NCBI GenBank assembly: GCA_951406725.2 | Contig: OX597826.1 | Location: 30,504,001-30,568,000, forward strand | From: Octopus vulgaris | Taxonomy: Eukaryota | DNA: 64,000 bases | Reading direction: 5' to 3' | In this document: piece after piece, positions 56,800-64,000 of the stretch | How positions within the stretch are numbered: the first letter of the stretch is position 1 | How the letters are laid out: the number at the start of each line of letters is the position of its first letter | Program-made: the position numbers and the translations under genes | The notes under the pieces: model-generated | Databases searched by the model: none | What the model saw: the letters and a program-made list of their open reading frames with translations, nothing else | Told to the model about the DNA's origin: nothing

Positions 56800-57465
56800 T
56801 TTATCAAAACTCCAATGAGACTCTTCATGGTCACAAGGTGTACTAGAAACAGCAGCAAAATCACACACTATTGTCTCAGAAACAATCTGCTAAGTTGGGA
56901 TGTTCATGGATGGAATGCCTTTGATCATAGGTTTACACGGTCAGGTTTCACCTGTGGTTAAACATTAACATTGACAACAACGATCTGGTTTACCCGTGCC
57001 AATAAGAGAACCTTTATTTGGTCGTTGGATGTGCTCGAAACAGCAACCAAATTTCATTGACATCATATACAAACGCCTTAAAGAAAGGAAAAGCACATAC
57101 AGTAAAGTTTCTTAGATGCACAGCGTCAAAAAATTGGACTGATTAATCACCATTGGAACGCCTTTGATCAAAAACGCAGATATGGGATTTGCTTTGAGTT
57201 AAACAGTAATGGCTATATTTTATTTCATGCGGGGCTGAGACCACGAAGGAACCTGTGCGTGTTAGTGAATATCTCTACGGTGCGTACTAAAAAGGGTGGC
57301 AAAATGTCCCTCAAATCAGACACTGTTGACTTCAAAAAGAAAATAGGGTCACATTGGATAATTTGGTCCGAGGTACACTACGACTGAAAATCAAGCAACG
57401 AGAATGTCACGATCATAACGTCTTTATTTGCGCGGCCAGGACTGAGCTTGTAGGTTAACCACAAT
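56800..57465 (+). repeat. Three diverged tandem copies of an old interspersed repeat (also at ~7350-7545)
   Basis: Recurring gaaacagca(g/a)c..aaat, tggaa(t/c)gcctttgatca and gttaaaca motifs. Confidence 0.55.
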
Positions 57466-57482
57466 AAGTACTACTACTGCTG

Positions 57483-57531
<49 letters not shown>

Positions 57532-57966
57532 AAGAAAAGAAGCACAACAGTTCATTCTCCTAATACTATTGAGAAAAACAAAATGCAAACAATAGAATCA
57601 CGAGGAAACTGAAATTAGTCAATGCAACTCAATATATTTCCTAAACATAATGACCGGCAGCGAATACAAATACCTATCTTTATACCTATATGTATATATA
57701 TATGTATATATGTATGTACATATATATATATATATATATAATATATATGAATACATATATATATACATGGATAAATATATGCATATATATGTATAAGTAC
57801 ACATATTTTCTCACACATATACACATTTACGTATTTACATAATGTATACGTATTGTATATAATATATATATATATATATGCTTATATTATATATATATGT
57901 ATATATGTATGTATATATATATATATACCTATACATATATATATATACACATACATATACATATAC

Positions 57967-58029
<63 letters not shown>

Positions 58030-58035
58030 TATATG

Positions 58036-58106
<71 letters not shown>

Positions 58107-58846
58107 GTATATATATATGCACATATATATATATGTGTGTGTGTGTGTGTGTATGTATATATATATATATGTGTGTGTGTATATATATATATGCGACTTG
58201 CTCTACCCACATACACGCACGTATAGAATGAGACATTCTTATATGTGTATGTATATGTGAACATATGTATATGTATACGTAAAGCGAAATAATACGTACA
58301 TGGATGCTAGTGAGGTTTAATAAACATAAATGTAGCCGGCCATTCCGTTCTGTTATACAATACGAATCAAATAATATTACATCCATCCATCAAATTGAAA
58401 CACTAATCGCAGTCAACTTCTCAAACGGCTCTCCACGAATGACCCACCAATTATTACCGCAGCCATTAAATTAACTCATTTTGGAATTCCAGTTCTTACC
58501 TATTTTCGCCAAATACGATGCCTAATCTTCGAATCTATTGAACTCGATTTCCATTGGTATATTCAAATACGATCATTCCGAGGTGATCAATATTCGGTGA
58601 AATAAAGTGTTTTGAATTGAAAATCGCCAACCAGTAAGAGTGTCGATCGGTTGCACGTCTATGTCGCTGGTGCGGACCACATTGGCAGGCAGATGGCGAG
58701 TTAATCAAATGATTCAATGGCACCAGCTAATAAAATTTTTACATGTACATATATAGACATACACACAAAACACATAGACAAAAATAGATCGATAGATAGA
58801 TAGATAGATAGAGAGAGAGGGGGGAGAGAGGGAGAGATAGATATAG

Positions 58847-58884
<38 letters not shown>

Positions 58885-58991
58885 GTAGGTAGGTAGGTAG
58901 GTAGGTAGGTAGGTAGGTAGGTAGGTAGGTAGGTAGGTAGGTAGTTAGTTAGTTAGTTAGTTAGATAGACTGATAGATAGACAGACAGACT

Positions 58992-59022
<31 letters not shown>

Positions 59023-59039
59023 GGACAGATAGATAGATA

Positions 59040-59691
59040 AGTTTCTTTATTGGCCACACAGGGCTGCACACAGATGGGACAAATTACAAGGTAGAGCTTT
59101 TCTTTTGGGGGATGAAAAAAAAGTAAAGTGGCGTAAGTTTTCGATCAAAAGGGATCGTAAAAGGGAAAAAAGAAAAAAGAAAAAAGGTAAAGAAACAAAA
59201 GAAAAGAAAAAAGAAAAAAGAAGAAAAAAGAGGAAAAAAAGGGGAAGAGGAAAAAAACCATCAATAAGGATCGTGTATCACAGTGTCATGATGTATGCTG
59301 TAAAGGGGGAAGCAGATAAGGTTTATCCGTGGGAAGAAAAGCCTACGAAAAAGACCACGGTAACCTTGGTCAATATTGTTATATGTTACCACATTTGTTT
59401 GCAAGTGGGTAACCCTCTGTTTTCAATTTCTGGGTTCATAGGATTATGCTCAAGGTGGCTTCGTCATTCATACGTGCCATCCTTGCTACATTCACCCATC
59501 TTTTTTAAAACATTCGCTAGACAAAACTTGCCTCTCTACTCTCACTTTCCTTTTCAAGTGGTACTTGAAGAAGTTGATGAGAGATTGACCAGAGAGGAAA
59601 GTGTTTGTCTCTAATCCTTTCAGACGCGTCCACCAGATACATTCTTTCGCCATAGCCACAAGGATGATGAAAATAGCTCTTCCTTCCCGTT
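59040..59691 (-). mobile_element. 5'-truncated Tx1-clade LINE
   Basis: Nearly the same sequence as 54351-55069; GATA arrays on both sides. Confidence 0.93.
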
Positions 59692-59693
59692 AT

Positions 59694-59773
<80 letters not shown>

Positions 59774-59774
<1 letters not shown>

Positions 59775-60222
59775 TTCTTTATTAGCCACACAGGGCTGCA
59801 CACAGACGGGACAAATTACAAGGTAGAGCTTTTCTTTTGGGGGATAAAAAAAGGGGTTTTCGTTTTCGATCAAAAAGGATTGTAAAAGGAAAGAAAGAGG
59901 AATGTAAAAAAAAGAAGGGGGATAAAAATAAAAGGAAAAAGAAAAAATCGATCAATAGGGATCGTTATCACAGAAATGTCAATATAAAGTGTAAAGGGGA
60001 GGACAGGTGAGGTTTACCCGTGGAAAGAAAAGCCTACGGAAAAGACCACGGTAACCTCGGTCAATGAAGTCACATATATTTTTTTACAAATAAGCAACTC
60101 TCTGTATTAATTTTTACGGTTCGTAGGATCATAGTCAAGGTGGCTTCGTCATTCATACGTGCCATCCTTGTTACATTCACCCATTTTTTTAAAAACATTC
60201 ACAAGACAAAACTCGCTTCTCT
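59774..60222 (-). mobile_element. 5'-truncated Tx1-clade LINE, third subfamily
   Basis: Same 3' terminus with diverged UTR; starts in (GATA)n and ends at tagata. Confidence 0.88.
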
Positions 60223-60514
60223 AGATAATACGCTAATATCGAACAGTGGGAATAAGCGCTCAACATCCCATTGATGGATATATTTTCTTTATTTGCTAGT
60301 TAGCAAGCCTACCTATGGTTTCATGTCAAGAGGAATCTCATAACAATTATGGAGCCTGTCATATGGTAACGTTGTTTCTCGTCTCCAAAATGAAGACATG
60401 TACAAATGTTCTCATGTGGCTGGCTTGATTATTGTTGAGAGATCCCTCTTCACATCAAAGCATTGGTAGTTCACATATACACTCTATATAACATATAATA
60501 TAGATGCGTGTGTA

Positions 60515-60571
<57 letters not shown>

Positions 60572-60640
60572 ATATTAGGGAATGAATCCAAAATTACAGG
60601 GAAAAATCAGATTTAGGGTTAAATCCAATTTTATATTAAA

Positions 60641-60972
60641 ATATTATATAATATAATTCGAGACAAAACCACTATTTTAAAACCAAACAAGGAAAGACTT
60701 AATCAATACATACAATTTTTATATAAATTAAATAAACCGCCACTACAAATTTTCATGTCTGCTACCGACAATCTTCAGGTGGATTTTCGATCTTCTAATC
60801 AGTATCAAATTTTCAAAATTTGATACTGATTAGAAGATCGAAAATCCACCTGAAGATTGTCGGTAGCAGACATGAAAATTTGTAGTGGCGGTTTATTTAA
60901 TTTATATTAAAATTTTATGTATTGATTAAGTCTTTCCTTGTTTGGTTTTAAAATAGTGGTTTTGTCTCGAAT

Positions 60973-60987
<15 letters not shown>
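60641..60987. repeat. ~345-bp palindrome centred at 60814 with a hammerhead-like motif on each strand
   Basis: ccac-CTGAAGA-t TGTC ggtagca GACA t-GAAA-ATTTG-TA-gtgg at 60846-60888 and its mirror at 60740-60782. The left flank resembles 8676-8850. Confidence 0.9.
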
Positions 60988-61003
<16 letters not shown>

Positions 61004-61004
<1 letters not shown>

Positions 61005-61119
61005 CAAAATAAGTAACAAGGATATCCAGAGATAATGCAGTACGATCGTTTCATGCAACTCCATTTAATGAAACGATCGTACTGCATTACCTCTGGATAT
61101 CATTGTTGCTTATTTTGAT
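61004..61119. repeat. Inverted repeat (~50-bp arms) with hammerhead 3' half GAAACGATCGTA at the inner ends
   Basis: tcaaaataag...gcagtacgatcgtttcat pairs with atgaaacgatcgtactgc...cttattttga. Confidence 0.9.
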
Positions 61120-61228
61120 TTTAATCACCTTACTTTGAAATTGTATGGATAATACCGTACTAAATTCTGGTGCCTCAACAAGTACCATATTCATCTAAAT
61201 CTATCTATCTATCAATATATATATATAT

Positions 61229-61271
<43 letters not shown>

Positions 61272-61440
61272 CACATATATATATATATATATATATAATT
61301 TTGTTTATTGCCTTTCCCTCTCTTACTAAGAGGCAATAAAGAAAAATTGATCGAGTCGATAGCACCGATCTTGGAAGGCCAACGAATGCCTGCCATGTGT
61401 ACAGTTCATTCTTCCATAAAACCAAAAAAAAAAAAATAGT

Positions 61441-61673
61441 CTGTTGTATCTGGGGAAAGTCATTTTCTTTTTGTAGCTTATAATGTAACACACGCACCGG
61501 TAAAATTTCCACTTTTTTTATTTTTATTTTCCAAAAAGTTTCGTTACATCTTGCAACCTTTTCAATAGTCTTATTTTTTTAGGAAAATAAATATTAAAAA
61601 AAGTGGAAATTTTACCGGTGAGTGTGTTACATTATAAGGCACAAAAAGAAAATGACTCTCCCCAGACACAACA
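61441..61673. repeat. Inverted repeat (~90-bp arms)
   Basis: ctgttgtatctgggg...ccggtaaaatttccac pairs with gtggaaattttaccgg...ccccagacacaacag. Confidence 0.9.
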
Positions 61674-61769
61674 GAATATGCTTCAATACACGAACTCATA
61701 TAAAGAATCTTGCAAACCAAATCCAAAAACGAAAAAAAAAATAGCTTTAAGCTTTAATCTTTTGATTGT

Positions 61770-62180
61770 TCCATTTATTGGACTGTGGCCACGCTGGGGC
61801 ATTGCTTTGAATGGTTTGGACAAAGAATTCTCTCCCGGTACTTATTTTTAAGTTTAGTACTTCTATCACTCTTTTGTGGAGAACGTACACATACACAAAG
61901 ATACGCACACACACACACATACATGCGCACGCACGCACTTACACACATACACGCACACGCACTCACGCACTCACACACACACACTCACACACACACATAT
62001 ATGAATGCATAGACAACGTGCTTTCTCATAGTTTCTGTCCACCAAATTTTTCACTTATGGGGCTTCGTCGTCCCAGAGTAATAGTTGAAACCACTTGTCC
62101 AAAAGTGCCGGGCAGTGAAACTGAAACCAAAACCACGGGGTCGCAAAGCGAGCATCTTAATGATGTGGCCATGCCTGCGC
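61770..62180 (-). mobile_element. SINE family A (old, diverged)
   Basis: Reverse complement similarity to family A with internal (CA)n. Confidence 0.6.
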
Positions 62181-62200
62181 CCAGAATAAACTAAAATAAT

Positions 62201-62669
<469 letters not shown>

Positions 62670-63261
62670 ATTTAAATGCAAAGCCAGTCAAGTACCGAGG
62701 TTTATGTACTCAATTTACATTTATTTGATATTGTTCTTCTGCTAGCTGCAATTTCTAGCCGATCGAATGACTGCATTGACACTCCATTGTTGGCTTGCAA
62801 AAGGTTAAATTGCAACCAGACTGAATTAGTTGACGAAGAATTACTTGTGAAGGCTTTAGTGAGGCGTTAACAACACTGGAATAAATGGAACTGATTCCAA
62901 TACAAAGATGTAGAACAATGTTGAAGAATGCAGCTATAAAGCACCATCATGAACCATTTATTGGTAGTTTTTGTCGTCGTTCTTCGAGAAATAAATAGTT
63001 TTAATAGTTCCGGCCTATTCCAAAATATTACGTTTCTTCATGTAAAGCAAATATCACAATGTATAAATTTGTGTGTGTTGCAAGGTAGTATGTTTGCATG
63101 TGTGCGTGTATACACACACACATACACATAAATGTGTGTGTACGTGTGTGTGAGTGTGTGTGTATACATATATACACACACATATATATACATACATACA
63201 CAAATATACTAGCATGCGTATATGTCTCTGTGTATGTGTATATGTATGTGCTTTTCACTGT

Positions 63262-63308
<47 letters not shown>

Positions 63309-63520
63309 GTTGTTGTTGTTATTATTATTATTATTTAATTTGTGTGTGTGCGTATGCATATGTATCTATATATATATGTATATATATATATATGTATGTA
63401 TATATGTGTGTGTGTATACATATGTATATATGCGTCTTTATAAAAAACATGACTGTTCTATAACAATACTAGACGGTAACGTTTATTATTTTTTTTGCTT
63501 ATATACATACGTACATACAA

Positions 63521-63640
<120 letters not shown>

Positions 63641-63746
63641 CTACATATGTGCACATGCACAATGAGCATAAAAGAACAGTAACACAGTAGGAAAAAGGTT
63701 TAACAAATAGATTATTAGTTTCAGAATATAATGGAAAGAGAAAGCG

Positions 63747-63782
63747 TCTTGATGTTTCAGACTTTAGTCGTTCGTCAGAAAA
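63747..63782 (-). ncRNA. Minimal PLE-type hammerhead motif
   Basis: Minus tttt-CTGACGA-A-c GACT aa AGTC t-GAAA-CA-TC-aaga; upstream pyrimidine-rich tail runs to the window end. Confidence 0.55.
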
Positions 63783-64000
63783 AAAGAAAAACAGAAGCAT
63801 GAAGCGGGTGGGAAAGAGGGATAGTCGATGAAAGAGAAAAACGATCGAAATCAGGTAGGAACGTTGTTCTGTAAAGAGGAGTTAAGACAGAAAGTAGAAA
63901 GTACAGGAGTCTATCTGTGTCTGGAAGTGAGAAAGAGAGAGAGGAGAGAAAGAGAGAGAGACTGTATGTGTGAAAAATTTCTACAAGTAATGGAATGGTG

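Overview
A 64-kb AT-rich, microsatellite-dense eukaryotic region with no recognisable host protein-coding gene. The SINE repertoire resembles that of octopus/coleoid cephalopods (inference). Nearly all long ORFs in the track are translations of (TA)n, (CA)n, (TATG)n, (GATA)n or (TAA)n repeats. The real content is mobile DNA: (1) a near full-length, frameshifted L1/Tx1-clade LINE (30229-36497, -) plus five 5'-truncated relatives, all sitting in GATA repeats in the same orientation; (2) a 5'-truncated R4/Dong-type restriction-like-endonuclease (RLE) LINE inside (TAA)n; (3) Penelope-like element (PLE) RT and GIY-YIG fragments, CR1 and HERO-like fragments, several Tc1/mariner relics and MITEs, a Helitron, a Helentron-like element, and many tRNA-type SINEs. 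The most striking unannotated signal is a set of type I hammerhead ribozyme motifs (CUGAnGA...GAAA...UH) read directly from the sequence. These include an ORF-less 533-nt tandem unit with two intact hammerheads (27884-28871, retrozyme-like), a decayed ~325-nt hammerhead trimer (10290-11075), and about a dozen solo or degenerate hammerheads, many in fold-back hairpin elements embedded in (TA)n. All coordinates and folds were read by eye; no search or folding program was run.
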